From contig NC_045696.1 in NCBI RefSeq assembly GCF_009834535.1, positions 88,662,001 to 88,726,000 of the forward strand: a stretch of 64,000 nt of DNA. The letters run 5' to 3'. Under the pieces are notes generated by a model, which was not told the origin of the DNA, searched no databases, and worked only from the letters and a program-made list of their open reading frames with translations. The stretch is from Camelus ferus. Its lineage: Eukaryota. Positions 13,480 through 25,900 of the stretch are shown here, piece after piece (the first letter of the stretch is position 1; every line of letters starts with the position of its first letter). The translations under genes were made by a program, and so were the position numbers.

Positions 13480-14110
13480 CTAGATGCAGACGTCATTCTC
13501 AAAGAATATAAAAACAGCAAAGGCTTTTTGTCGCCTGTTGGGCTCAGGTTGCTGTGTGCAAGATAAAAACAACATGAAGTCTTTTTTTCATTCCCTTCTA
13601 TGTCATTAGGGAAAATAAGACACGCCCACCTCCCCAATAAGACAACTTTGACCATTACAATCATGCCCTCACAAAGCCTCTATATTAAAAGGACTTCTGG
13701 TAACTCGATGCAGAGTATTAAGAAGTGCTGAGCTTCCAGGGGCTTGTTGTTTGCTAGGAAATCAATTCCTCTAAATATAAAACTCGGTGGTGCTGGCACA
13801 TGTGATAGCACAGGGTCTGCAGTAATGTAGAGGAGGACCTTCAGAGAGGAGATCTGGGCTTTGGTGAGGGGCCCAGAGGTGAATTTCTTCTAACATCTTG
13901 TTGACCAGTTTTCTCCCATAAATCATCTATGCTGAGGAAGCTAGGCGTGATGTACGTATTAAAAACAAGCACTACAGTCATCGGGACCTCACGCAACAGC
14001 AGTGTAATTTTCCTTGTTCTCCTTCGACTCCACGTCAGCATAGTTTGCTGACATCATCCCAGGTAGCAAGGGCGGCAGGGTACACATACACACACACAAA
14101 ACAACGGTCT
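13480..14110. promoter_or_regulatory. Putative enhancer (CRE-like, KLF/SP, MEF2, UPRE/CRE-MARE motifs)
   Basis: Repeat-free with locally more CpG; agacgtca 13488, cacgccc 13621, ctaaatataa 13771, ccacgtcagca/tgctgacatca 14030-14056. Confidence 0.45.
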
Positions 14111-14467
14111 CCAGGTTTTTCCTTCAGAAGCCCTCAGACCCTTGAATCACTGTCACAGTCACTCAAATTTGAAGTACTCGAGGTAGGAATCTTCTAGTTT
14201 AAATACTTAACAATTAGTGTCATCATGAAGGATAAATTATTCTGCATCATTTGGATACTTGTGCAATTCCTACAAAATAATAGAAGTGATTCTAAGGATT
14301 GGCGAACACAGACGCCACAGAGGCCCTTAAGATCCCCATAAAGCTTATGTTCTCAATCTTTTCCTAAAAACATGGAGCCCCTTAAAATACGTCAAGATCA
14401 GGGCTTATAGCAAATGGGAGAAGGTATGAAAAAATGTATCTTCAAAAGAGAAATGTGTGAAAAGGGC

Positions 14468-14468
<1 letters not shown>

Positions 14469-14511
<43 letters not shown>

Positions 14512-14525
14512 TGTGTGTGTGTGTA
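14469..14525. repeat. Compound (GA)n(GT)n microsatellite
   Basis: Directly visible. Confidence 0.97.
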
Positions 14526-14621
14526 GTCGTTGACAGTTAGGGGCCTTAAAGGTAATCTAGGATGAGGAAGAGGGAGAAGTGAACTAAAACACTGAAGCAT
14601 CACTCACAGCCACTCTGGCTG

Positions 14622-14865
14622 TACAGCATGGTGGTTACAAATACACTGACCCTGGACACACATACAGTCCTGGGTTCAAATCCCAGCTGCTAGCTATGTG
14701 ACCTGGACATTTACTTAAACCTAAATGTGCTGTCTCACCCATAAAACAGGGAGAGTCATAAAATGTACCTCATAAGATGGCTGTGATGATTAAATGAGAT
14801 GACCTGGAGGCACGCAGCATAGTGCCTGGCACATGGTAAATCCTCAATAACTTTTGGCCATTTTT
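14622..14865 (+). mobile_element. MIR SINE
   Basis: 'cctgggttcaaatcccagct...tgtgacct...gattaaatgag...agtgcctggcacatggtaa'. Confidence 0.85.
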
Positions 14866-15329
14866 ACTTAATTTCTAAAACTCCCTCTAAACCCCCTTCT
14901 GTTAAGTGGGACATCCAACCCAAGAGAAAAGTAGGGTTGTCATCTTGCCTCTTGAAAGATGTATTAGACTCTTACTGGAGGAAATAAATTTACAGTTAGC
15001 GATGACCCACACACAGGGCACTGCCAGGCAACACTGTGTCATGGTCATGGTGGAATCAGGTGTAAAGCTACCATAAATATTTGGGAAACAAATATTTTTA
15101 ACATCTCGATATTGAAGACAGCCACGATATTTTGTAAAGCTCTGTAATGCTATTCCAACCAAGTAATCTACAGAAGACCAAACGAGTACCTCTCAATCTA
15201 TAAAATGCAAAAGGGGGAAACTAGATCAGTAAGTCCATTCCATATCAGTAACTCTGCCTTTTAAGAATCTGAAGGCGTGATTCTATGCTAGGATTTGCAA
15301 CTCAGGTGTCCTAGTTTGCATGTTTATAA

Positions 15330-15915
15330 TAGCTATAGTTCCAGAAAGATAACTGCTGCATAATAAACCCAAAGCGGCTTCAGACAATAGCAATGTTTAT
15401 TTTGTTCATGAATCTGCAATCTGGACAGGGCTCAATGAAGATATTATTTCTGCTCCACTCAGCATCTGCTGGGCCAGCTCAAAGGCTGGGGCTGACATCA
15501 TCTGAAAAGCTTACTCACTCATATGGCTAAACGTCATCTAAACAGGGAAAACTTCGATCAGCTGGGAGCTAGAACAGCTGGGGCTCCTCTGGCACCCCCC
15601 CCCCAACCCCATGTAGCCTTTCCATGTGATCTCCCCAACGTGGGAGATTCAGAGCATCTGGACTCAGGGCTCACAAGGCATAGGCCACAAGAAAGAAAGA
15701 GAACCAGGAGGAAACAGTGTTATCTTTTATGGCCTCACCTTGGAAGTAACCCCTATCGGTAATTCCACCACATTCTGTTGATCCACCCAGGTTTAAGGAG
15801 TGGGAACAGAGATGTCCCACCTCTCACTGGAGGACTGTAAAACCACACTGTAAGAAGAGCAATAGTGTGGGAAACATATTGGTGGGATCATTTTTGGAAA
15901 ATGTAATCAGCCACA
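15330..15915 (-). mobile_element. MaLR LTR (MLT1F/H-like)
   Basis: 'tttattttgttcatgaatctgcaatctggacagggctca', 'gctggggctgacatcatctgaa' antisense MLT1 motifs. Confidence 0.75.
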
Positions 15916-15939
15916 ATTAGATTTCCCACAACGAAACAG

Positions 15940-16450
15940 TCAGAGTACTTGGTTAAAAGCAATAGAAACCAAGTTAGGGAGACTTAAAGAAGAAAAAAAA
16001 AGAGTTCATTTGAAGGGTGCTGAGAATTTTAAGCTCAAAGGAAAAGCTGAAAACCTGGCCTGGAAATGAGCCAGAATCAAGGGAGGATGGAGGGAGGCTG
16101 GGAAACAGGAGTCTGGGCCACAAAGAAGCTGGTTAATACACCCTTCTCACCACCACTGCTATGACTGGACAGTGGTGTTGCTGGGCTCTCAACACCACGA
16201 CTGCTAACAAGAACAAAATGTCAATGCTTCTTTGAGTCACACTCTCAAGATTCCAAATTCTGAGTAATTCTGATTGGCTTGGCCTAAGTCACATGCCTGA
16301 GACCTAGCATCCCAGGGACAGGAAGGAGGAGGATCTGGTCCCTTTTGGAGGAGAAATCCTGCCTCCCACAGGGGCCCATATGGAAAATAATTCACCCCAA
16401 GTAAGAACAGAGGTTCAGTAGCCAAAAACCCCAGCAGATGTCTGACATAC
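15940..16450 (-). mobile_element. Old MaLR LTR (MLT1J/K-like)
   Basis: 'cttggttaaaagcaatagaaacc', 'ctgattggcttggcctaagtcacatgcc'. Confidence 0.6.
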
Positions 16451-17200
16451 ACAGAAAACTAACAGTCCTCAACAACTTTGAAAAGAAAGATCATACCATT
16501 TTCTGGAAGCAAAGAGTAAGAAAAGAGCCTGGTTAATGACCAGGTTTCATCCTGGAATAAAGGCCAAATATTCATTCCATGATGTAAATTCCTCACAGTG
16601 AAGTGTATGAGGTTAACTAAGATCATGACTCTACTGGAGCAGGTCGAATTCTAACACAATGTATGCACATCCCAGAAGTAGAAATCTACCTGTTCTCTTC
16701 ATGGTGGATGGGCTTGTACACACCAGATATTTCAAAGTCTACCTATAGGTCAGGTGTTTTGAATTTAAAATAAAATTTTCCAAACAATGAATAAATGCAC
16801 ATAAATATCTAATTGGTTTTAAAATGTCTACAGCCGACTAGAGCTAGCAATATTGTTTACAAAATAAGAGCAGTATTTAGAACATGGCTTTTAAGGGAAA
16901 GGGATGCCCACATGCTCATTAGAACCTTAAACCCACCCTTGCCTTAGCCTGAACAGACAGACTTCCCTTGCTTCACCTGTACTAACAGCAGGAAAGGAGG
17001 TGCCCTGTTACGGTGGGACAGAAAACTTTCCATGCCAAGGTGACTGTTCCTATGGAAGGAAATTTTGCACATTAATTTTTTAAAAACCATGTTAGACACC
17101 ACCTAATATTAGGATAAAGGATCTATCTAAACCCCTCACAACCTTTTGAATGCAAATGTTGACAGATAAGTAAATGATTCTCTCCAAACCCCAAACAGTA

Positions 17201-17393
17201 CAGTAGACTTGCTGTACCTGCGGGTTCCACGTCTATGGTTTCAAACTATTGAGGATCAAATTTCTGAATCTGTGGATCCCTTCAAGGGCCTAGTGTTACC
17301 ACATCATTTTGTATGAGAAATTTGAGCATCCAGATTTTGGCATCCCCGGGTATCCTAGAAAAAATCTCCTGCAGATACCGAAGGACGACTTAT
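17201..17393 (-). mobile_element. MER2-like TcMar-Tigger MITE (internally deleted)
   Basis: Ends resemble MER2 TIRs: 'cagtagac...gcgggttccac' and 'gcagataccgaaggacgact'; TA-flanked. Confidence 0.7.
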
Positions 17394-17571
17394 ACCTAAT
17401 GCCTTTATACAAATTTCAGGTGTGTAAAACTAGTAGTATATTTAGTGTTTTCCTATATTACGTTAACAATAAATTAAAATACAGTTGAAATATTGACTAT
17501 GTGCTACATCTCAGGCACTAATTCTGGTTTACGCCTTGTCCTGTAAGTGAGCACAAAATAATGGATAAAAC

Positions 17572-17665
17572 GTCACCTCTATGAGGGCAAGGACCTGACC
17601 TGTTTTGTTCACCGTTATGTGCCCAGTTCCTACTATGCAGCAATATGGCAGTGCTCAATAAATAC
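17572..17665 (+). mobile_element. L2 3' end relic
   Basis: 'ctctatgagggcaaggacc...ttgttcacc...gtgctcaataaata'. Confidence 0.75.
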
Positions 17666-20394
17666 TGAGTTGTTGTTGAAGCTTTAAAGAGAGAGAGGAT
17701 AAAAAAGTAGAAAAAAGAAGAAAGAAAATAATAATGGATTATTTTAAAAATGTAATTCAGGCCAGTGACATCTTCTGTAAGGACTGTTCATTTCTTCCGG
17801 ACAGGTGGAAACAATAAATAACTCCCTAAACCATTTCCCTCCAAAATTAAGATGCCTTGTCTCTTAGCCTCACCCCTCACCCTGCAAAATGACAGAAAAC
17901 ACACACTTCTTAAACTACTGAGTCATTTCCAGCTGTTAGGTTCAGTGCATGCTAAAAGCCCGTACAGCCTTGCAGCGCTACAGGAGCATCTCATTTTGGG
18001 CAAAGACTTATTTCTCTGTAAATTATTGTTCTGAGGAAGATGGACAAGAGATCTGTGTTACATGTAACTTTAGTGTTCAAGGACTGCTTGAAAAAATGAG
18101 TAAGAGATTAAAAGGATGCTTTAGTTAGAACACAAAAGTGGACATTTCCTTCTCAATAAAAATGTTCTAATTACGATATCCAAACATACAACACAAACCA
18201 CAGTAAATGGAGCCACTTTAACATAAATTTCTTAAAATGACACCTAAATGTAAAATACTCCTCAATATTACACCCCCAAAAAAGAGGCAGAGAGGAACAA
18301 AAGGAAGGAAATAAGTACATAATTTAGCTACAGAGTCTGCTAAAATAAAATAAATCACTAAATCATAGAACTGGAAATAACTTTGAGACATAGCTAACCA
18401 TTCCATATTAGTTTAAAGGCCATCTAGGAAGAGTCAAGATTCTACAACCAAATCAGATTAACAGGGTAGCATTATTGGTGTTTTTAGTCTTGTTTAGAAG
18501 GTTGAGGTACTTAGTTTAACAAACGAGCATTTCTAAACAATTCTTTGTCTAACCTTGACCTCTTCATGTTTTGGTCTTAAAACCATTTCCTTTGATTTTG
18601 CCCTTTGCAGAGATGAAGAACAGCTAATCCCCACAGACTAAAACCAAACACTTCATATGCAGGAAGACCTTCACAATAATGTATCACCTTTCTAGCCTTG
18701 CTCCTCTGGAATAAATCAGAACTGTCCCTTCAATCTCTTTTTGTTTTGGTTTTTAGATCCCACTGTTAAATACTTCTCCCAAATCATCTCCTCTTCTCAC
18801 TCAAGTTCAAATCCAAAAAGGATTCAAACAAGGCCAATTATAAGAGAACAGTTTAGAGAAGTCTAACAGCAGACTTTAAAACTGAAGCCTTGACATTTAC
18901 ACACATTTTAAAAGCTGGGGTAAACAGGGAGTAAAATTTCTAAAGCATCCCGGAATAGGTCCTTGGATTTCAAACCAATTACTCTGAAGTTACCTTTTAA
19001 AATTTCCAGCTTTGGATTTAATCAAAGGGTAAAGCTATTTAATTTCTGAGAAATTACAAAGGTGTGCTCAATAGATGATGCGCATGTCCCACTTGTCTAT
19101 TAAAATTTAAAAATAACTACTCTTTCACCCAGCTACCTTCACTCTTATTTATTATTATTAATTATTATTATTATCATCACCATTTTTATTTCAGGATTTA
19201 CCAAGAGCAAAAACCATGCTACAATATTTGATTAAATGAAACATTACAAAAGACAAATTAAATAATTCCCTATTATTCTATTTTCATAAATTTTAAGGGC
19301 GTATCTTATGTGGGGGGACCTCAGTAAGTCTAATTATCAGCTTCAGACAACAAATTACAATCTTAAGCCTTTAGATTCAATGGCTGTAAAGACACCATTA
19401 CCTGCCAAAGCATAGACATGACAAAGAACTGTCACAATTCATGAATTACCACGGAGATGCAGTGTTCTGTGGGTGTCCCCCGCCCTGTCTGTGTTGTAGG
19501 TCTCAGGACACATGTGACATCATAAGCTAATGATTTGCTGGTGATTACTATGCCCTGCACCAGAACATGTAGCTCTTAATTATTACAGTGGCATGGTTTT
19601 TTAAAATGTATAATGCATTTAAAGTCCTTTTTGAACTATTTAGACACTTCTGGTGTCTTGACTCCCAAAGAGACAAACTTGTATTATAGTCTTATATTCT
19701 TGGATTACTTTAGGAGGACAGTTGCTTGTTGGCCTCAGTCCAACCTTGACTCATTTCTGGAGAGGAGGGCAGGACAACTTTCCTGCTGTGGTGAAGGAGT
19801 AGTCATAGCTCTCTGACTGGAGAGCCTTTACCTGGTACCTTAGCCTTCTACTTTGTGGCCTGCTTTACAGGGTTCAGCATCCCCCTCCCCTCCTTTCTCC
19901 TTAAGTTAGTGGCAGGTGCTGGCAAGCAATGCTAATCCAGTCCTCAGGGCAAATTCTGAGTTGTTGCCACCACAGAGATAGCTATCAGGAGGGACCAAGT
20001 TACAGTGACAGCTGGACACGCAGTATGTGATTATGGCCACAACAGACAAGGCAAGGCTAAATTATCCCACAGCAATACCAGAAGTACATGCCAGGGCTTC
20101 TGAGCTCTATGCAACTACATTCTTTCCAGAATTTTCTTGGCTAGAAAGAACATTCCCATACCCAGTCATGGCTGCAACATCTTTCCTTTAAGTCCTGAAA
20201 ATAAGCCCAATTTACATACATACAAACATTTGTATACACAAACGCACACATGCAACTCCAAAGGCAGGAACTATGAAAAAAAGATTAGACTTTACTCTAT
20301 TGAATACAACACTTTGTTTTTTCACATTTTGAGATATCTAAAATCCATGTATGCCACATAATCAATGGCTCTTATATCCGAAGAAAAACAACAG

Positions 20395-20600
20395 ATCTCA
20401 TGACATGAAAGCAAACCTTTAAACTTCTACACAGCAAAAATTACCATCTATACTGTTAAAAGGCAAAACAGAAAAAATATTTACAACATGTCTAACATAA
20501 GGTTTAACAGCTAGGAGCTTTTACGAATCAAACCAAAGATGAGCAAACAATAAGGAAATGGGTAAAGGATATGAATAGGAAATTCACAAAAGAGGCAGAA
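20395..20600 (+). mobile_element. Old L1M ORF2 3' fragment
   Basis: 'aaacttctacacagcaaaa', 'aaatgggtaaaggatatgaatagg'. Confidence 0.65.
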
Positions 20601-20741
20601 AATTTTATGTCTAAATAGTTATGTTGTCACTACGATGATAATGATCACTTTAAAGCCCTACCTCTACCCTAATGCTCCTAAAAGTCCAGTTATTAACGTG
20701 GGCTGGAGAGAAGGGAAAGAAGAAGGAAGCTCCTCCGTCCC

Positions 20742-20910
20742 AGGTGCTGTACTACTAGATTTCATGAGTTCGTGAAAACCTCACAACACCCTGGGGAGCA
20801 AGACATCATTGCACAGACGAGGAAATCTAGCATTAGATGAGCTGCGTGATTTAAGCATATGTTCTAAGGAAGTGTGTGGTAAAGCCCAGACTCCAAGTCC
20901 AGAGCTCAGA
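20742..20910 (-). mobile_element. MIR relic
   Basis: 'cctcacaacaccctg...cacagacgaggaaatc'. Confidence 0.6.
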
Positions 20911-22740
20911 TACAACTTCTGCTCATAGCACAGCTCTAGAAATTCTATTCAAACAAAAGATCCCCCTAGAGAACAAAGGGCTGAACCTCAGAGTTTTCAA
21001 CCCAAAGCTGTAACTTAAGGGCAAAGGTATTAAGTTTCATGAATCTGAAATGTTTCTATCCAGCTACACAAGAGATGTCCTTAAAGCCCTGTTTGCAATT
21101 TCCTCACTTTGGAAAAGAGAAACTAACTGTCATATTAAATATGTTCAGATTCAAATATTAAGTGTGTTTGATTTAAAGTATAGATAACTTTGTACTAAGA
21201 CTGAAATCATGACAATGTCACTAAACTTTGTCCATGTCAGTAAAATAAAGCAGTTGCAATTACTAGATCCCTATTCCTCAGATTTAGTCTTAGGTGGAAA
21301 AAAGCCAATGGGGGAAAAAAACAGATTTTTATTGAAACACATTCAAGGAAGAGGGGCCAGTGACAATTAGGTCCTGCTTTGGTGTCAGGGCTGACATGGG
21401 CTGACACAGGCCAGGACTCCTGGGGTTTCTGTGCTGGCCGTGCAGTGCAGGGGAGGCCTAAAACCTGACCCGAAGCCTCCAGCTCCCCCCACACTCAAGT
21501 CTTGGCAGGGCACCTTGAGGACAAGCCACAGTCCAGGAAGTCATCGATATTGTACCTGCTGCCAGCCACCTCTCTCCCCATGTGAAAAATGACAGAGCCT
21601 TCATTCTCTGACACCAGGGTTAGGAGAACAGAGGTGAACAGCAGTAAGTGTCACCTGAGTATCTGTCCACCTGTACACAGAAAAATAGGTCTCCTACCCT
21701 TTTAAAAGTATCAAGTTTTAAGAGTGCTCAGTTTGACGCATGTGGCTGGGTTACGAAGGATTAAAACAAGATGCCTCCAATTCCTCAGTTTTAGAAGCTC
21801 TTCTACAGTATCAGCCTAAGGCTTATATACTTCTCAACTTCCCTCCAAGACTGACAATCAAAACATAATCCAGTAGAAAATCAAGTGGTTACAGTTATTT
21901 GGCCTGAATTCTGATCATTTTTGAAAATATGTTAAATACATTAAAGAGTCACAGACATTCTGTCTTGAAGCTCAATGTCCAAGAAAGTGGCCGATTACAA
22001 GGACTAAACCAAAGTGACTCTTTCAGCACAGCTGCTTATTAACCTTCAGACTGATCGCACGCACCAGCTGCACCAGGTCAGCCGCATTTCACCAGCTGTT
22101 CACCAAAACAGTATCGTTATTTTTTAATCATAATAACAAAGGAGAAAATGAATCCTATTTTCAAGTATATCACCTACAAAGATGAGGTTGACAATTGCCT
22201 GTTTGCAATACTGACTAAAAAATAGTTTATTCAGGAGGAAAGTTTCTAGATTTAAACACCCAACGAAAAGAAAGGAAAGGGAAGACTAGGAAATATGATG
22301 TGTCAAGGAAAGTCACCTATAACGAATATAATTTTAGTTACATCCTAACAGTGTAAGGTGTAAATTGGAGAAGCAGGGGGAGACGGAAAACCTAGAGTAA
22401 CACTTAGATATATGTCCTGAAATAAAAGGATAGAAATGAAAAAAGCATATTAACCAGCTTGTCTGTCCTATTGTAAAACAAACAAACAAACAAACAAACA
22501 AAAAAAGAACATGAAACTGATTTTAGGCCAAAATGTAAATAGGAATCTTATTTTAAGATTCCTGCTAAATCAATTAAGGCTTAAGGTACTTTCAAAAGTT
22601 CACGAAAAATTCAAAAACAGTTCAGTAATTTCCAGTAACAATATATTATTTGCTGATCATCTTTTCTCTCAGTTACTTTAAAGAGTTGTAAGATAATTTG
22701 ATTCTAAGAGTCCAAAAAGACAATTTTAAAAAGCTTTTGT

Positions 22741-22947
22741 CAATGGGTCAATGATGAAATCAAAGAAGAAATTAAAAAATACTTTTAGATGACAATGAAA
22801 ACACAGCCACACAGAATCTATGGGATGCAGCAAAGGCAGTGTTAAGAGGGAAGTTTACAGCGATACAGGCCTTCCTCAGAGAATAACAATCTCAAATAAA
22901 CAATTTAACTTACCAGCTAAAAGAATTAGAAAAAGAAGAGCAAAAAG
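22741..22947 (+). mobile_element. Isolated internal L1 ORF2 fragment (region after the endonuclease domain)
   Basis: Translates, with frameshifts, to WVNDEIKEEIKKY..NENTATQNLWDAAKAVLRGKFTAIQAFL..SQINNLTYQLKELEKEEQ, a hallmark L1 ORF2 segment. Confidence 0.9.
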
Positions 22948-25900
22948 AAAAAACTTTTATTTGGGTATAAAATTGGTGTGAGAGATGATGAATTAGAAAA
23001 AGAGAGGTAATCAGAGGTCTTATTAGTTGCTCAAAATACCCAATGAATGAAGGTAAAGCACCTAAGACACAAGGGGGAATGAGTTCTCTGCCTGGGGACA
23101 GGCTGTTTTACCATCACCACCCTGTGTGCAGCACCATGGCTATCACCTCCAGCTCTTAAGACAGGCCCATTAAAGTGGTTTCAAGCTGAAAATCTTAGAC
23201 ATTCAATGTTTATATTATGTGGTGATATATATCATTATTCCAGTATTAATAGTCTCATCATGAGCACATCACCATCTAGAATAGTAAGAATCAAGTACTA
23301 CATGTTCGCTATTTCTAAAGGAGATGTAAGTCATAAAGTATGCACGGGACACGGATCCTTCCAACAAAGCAGAATGAAACTGTAAAGGTTGCCATGTTTT
23401 AATGAACTAAGTCCTCACTAGCTTGAGCCTATGTAGAATCTAGAAGACAACTCCACCAGCCTTTATAATTTATAAAACTAACGAAGTGAAATCATCCGAT
23501 TAATAGTAAAAGCCCAAAGAGTTTGTCTACATGACCATTCTGCACAGCACTAAATACAAAGGTGATGTTTTGTCAGTAGAGCTTTACTCTCTGGACATTC
23601 AAAAGAGCGTTAGCCAAGTAACTTTCTGGGCATGGAGAGGGAAAAAATTCCATATGTCTGACGGGGGAAAAAAAAGCCCCAGCAGCTGTAATAGTTCAGG
23701 ATAATATAAGAGATGGTTTATTGAATGAGACCAACTGTTAACTTGGTATTTGGTCTCTGACAGAAATACCAAAACACATTTTAAGAAAAAATACATTGGC
23801 TCTCCATGACAACTTCTCATGCTAAGACATACATTTTTAACATTATCCGTTTTTTTAATAATCCACTACTTAATAGGTATTCATTTAATAAGTACTTATC
23901 ACTACTGAAATAAAGAATTTCCTTAGATCTGAAAATCTGCTAAAAGACTCATTTGCCTTGTAACTAAAATCAAAAAAAAGGCAGAACAATTTTGAAACTA
24001 ATCCAAGGGGGGTGCTAATTACTACTGCAGCAAAAGGTATTTCTCTTAAAAGTGGTTTCACCTTAGGTAATCTTACAGCTTCGATGTTAAAGTCAGCAAT
24101 AAAATACAATCCCCATGACCTTCCATCCACCCTGAAAGTACTTTTCCAAAGCTTTAAAATGTTTTTATAATTTGATGAACAAGTTCATATTTGTCCTATT
24201 CACATACTTTATGATTTCATAGACCGGATTATGTCTCTTCTGAGACTTCATCTTTCTGGAAAGTCAGTCTTCCTGGTTAGTCATTATACTGAAGCTACTC
24301 TAAAGACTCAATTATTGATTTTTCCAGCACCTGAGCTCTCTGCTTTCTGACATTTGGCATCAGAACTGGATACATTAGAAATAAATGATGGCTACAACAA
24401 AAATACTAGACTTTTTTTTTCAAAAAACCTTTCTTTCTTTGGCTGGTTTTTATTATCCTGTATAAACTGCTAGATTGGGCTGTCTTCACCTGCAGACAAC
24501 ACTCGGTGAAGTACTGGTCTTTAACCTGAAACACTTGACTGATTAGAGCCTATCTTTTTGGACTTTTTAGTATATGCATTTCTTTAAACTTGCAACTCTG
24601 AATTTGTTAACCAATTTTTCTACCCACTCATAAGATAAAAACGTCCTAGATAATCTTGGCTAATACTTTATCCATAAGTTTCTGTCACCTCCTACCCTTT
24701 ATTTCCTCTTGAGAATAAAACGTTCTAGTTCCCCCCATGAAGACTCAGCCTTAAGCCTTTCCCTGGGGATAGGAAGGGTCTCTTCTGGAAATGGCATCAT
24801 GTCTGTGGTGGTGGTTTCCATGAGGACAAGGCTCAGGTCTTCTTCATCTGTTTATGCCCAGCACCTGGCCGATAGTAGCTATTCAATAAAATAACTGCTG
24901 AAAGAGTTGATCAAGATTTGAAATCAATTATGATGAAGTGGAAATACACAGATTACTCTGGCATTCTAATTTTACTTTATATATCGTTTGACACCCATCT
25001 TCTGGGGCAGTAGCAAATGTGGTCAAAAAACATACATACAGAAGGAGGAAGTTCTAAGATCTCCTAAGGACATGATTTTTAAAAAGAATCAGTGGGACTC
25101 CTACAGGGCAGTACAGAGTGGTAGCAAATCTAGTGGAATTCTGAGAGAGGGAGGTAGAGACTGAGCCAGTCTGTCAGGTTACTTTCAGGCCATGCTGAAA
25201 TCAGCTCCTTTACCTACCCAGGACTCATCTCCCCACAGCCACCCAGCTGGTTTTTCCAACTCAAATATTGCCATTAGATTAGTTAACTTCCTCATAGAAT
25301 AAACATGCTCATCCTGCGTTCTCCATGGGGGCTCTCAGGGGACTGTGAAATCCCCAGAAGTGCACCCTTGACCCCCGGAAGAGATGAGTGGTCAAGGAGA
25401 AGAGGGGGACGTGAGGGTTTCAGGCAAAAGGAAGAACCGCTTACTGGAAGAATTAGGCTTGTGTGATCAAGCCTAATTATAAATTGTTATAAATTCGATT
25501 ATAAATTGTTAAGGTTCAAACCGCAGCAACATACTTGATAGCTTTCCAATCTATACAGTGCTCCTTCCAGTCCGCTAACTTCAGAGTCACACTTTATGCA
25601 GGTACTGGACACTCTTCCCAAAAGCACATGACCTAGATCAGGGCTGAGACTGGGGGTTGTGGCTTTAAGGAGAAATGTTCACCTATTTCACTGCAGGGTG
25701 TAGAGAGCACAGCTTTCTCCAGATGGCAATAATGATGAAGTTAAATTTCTGCAGAAATAATAATTTAATAATAAAGGCATTTAGTGAGGTGAAGGGGAAT
25801 ATACCATTGCCAAGCAGAAAGGAGTGAATTTAGCTGACTGGTAGACAACACTGGGTATCCCAGGAGCTGAGAAAGAAGGCTACAGGGCTAAGGCAGGACC

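Noticed and set aside
23600..24620. Possible processed pseudogene on the minus strand
   Set aside because: The frames I translated gave frequent stops and no recognisable protein, poly(A) tail or TSD.
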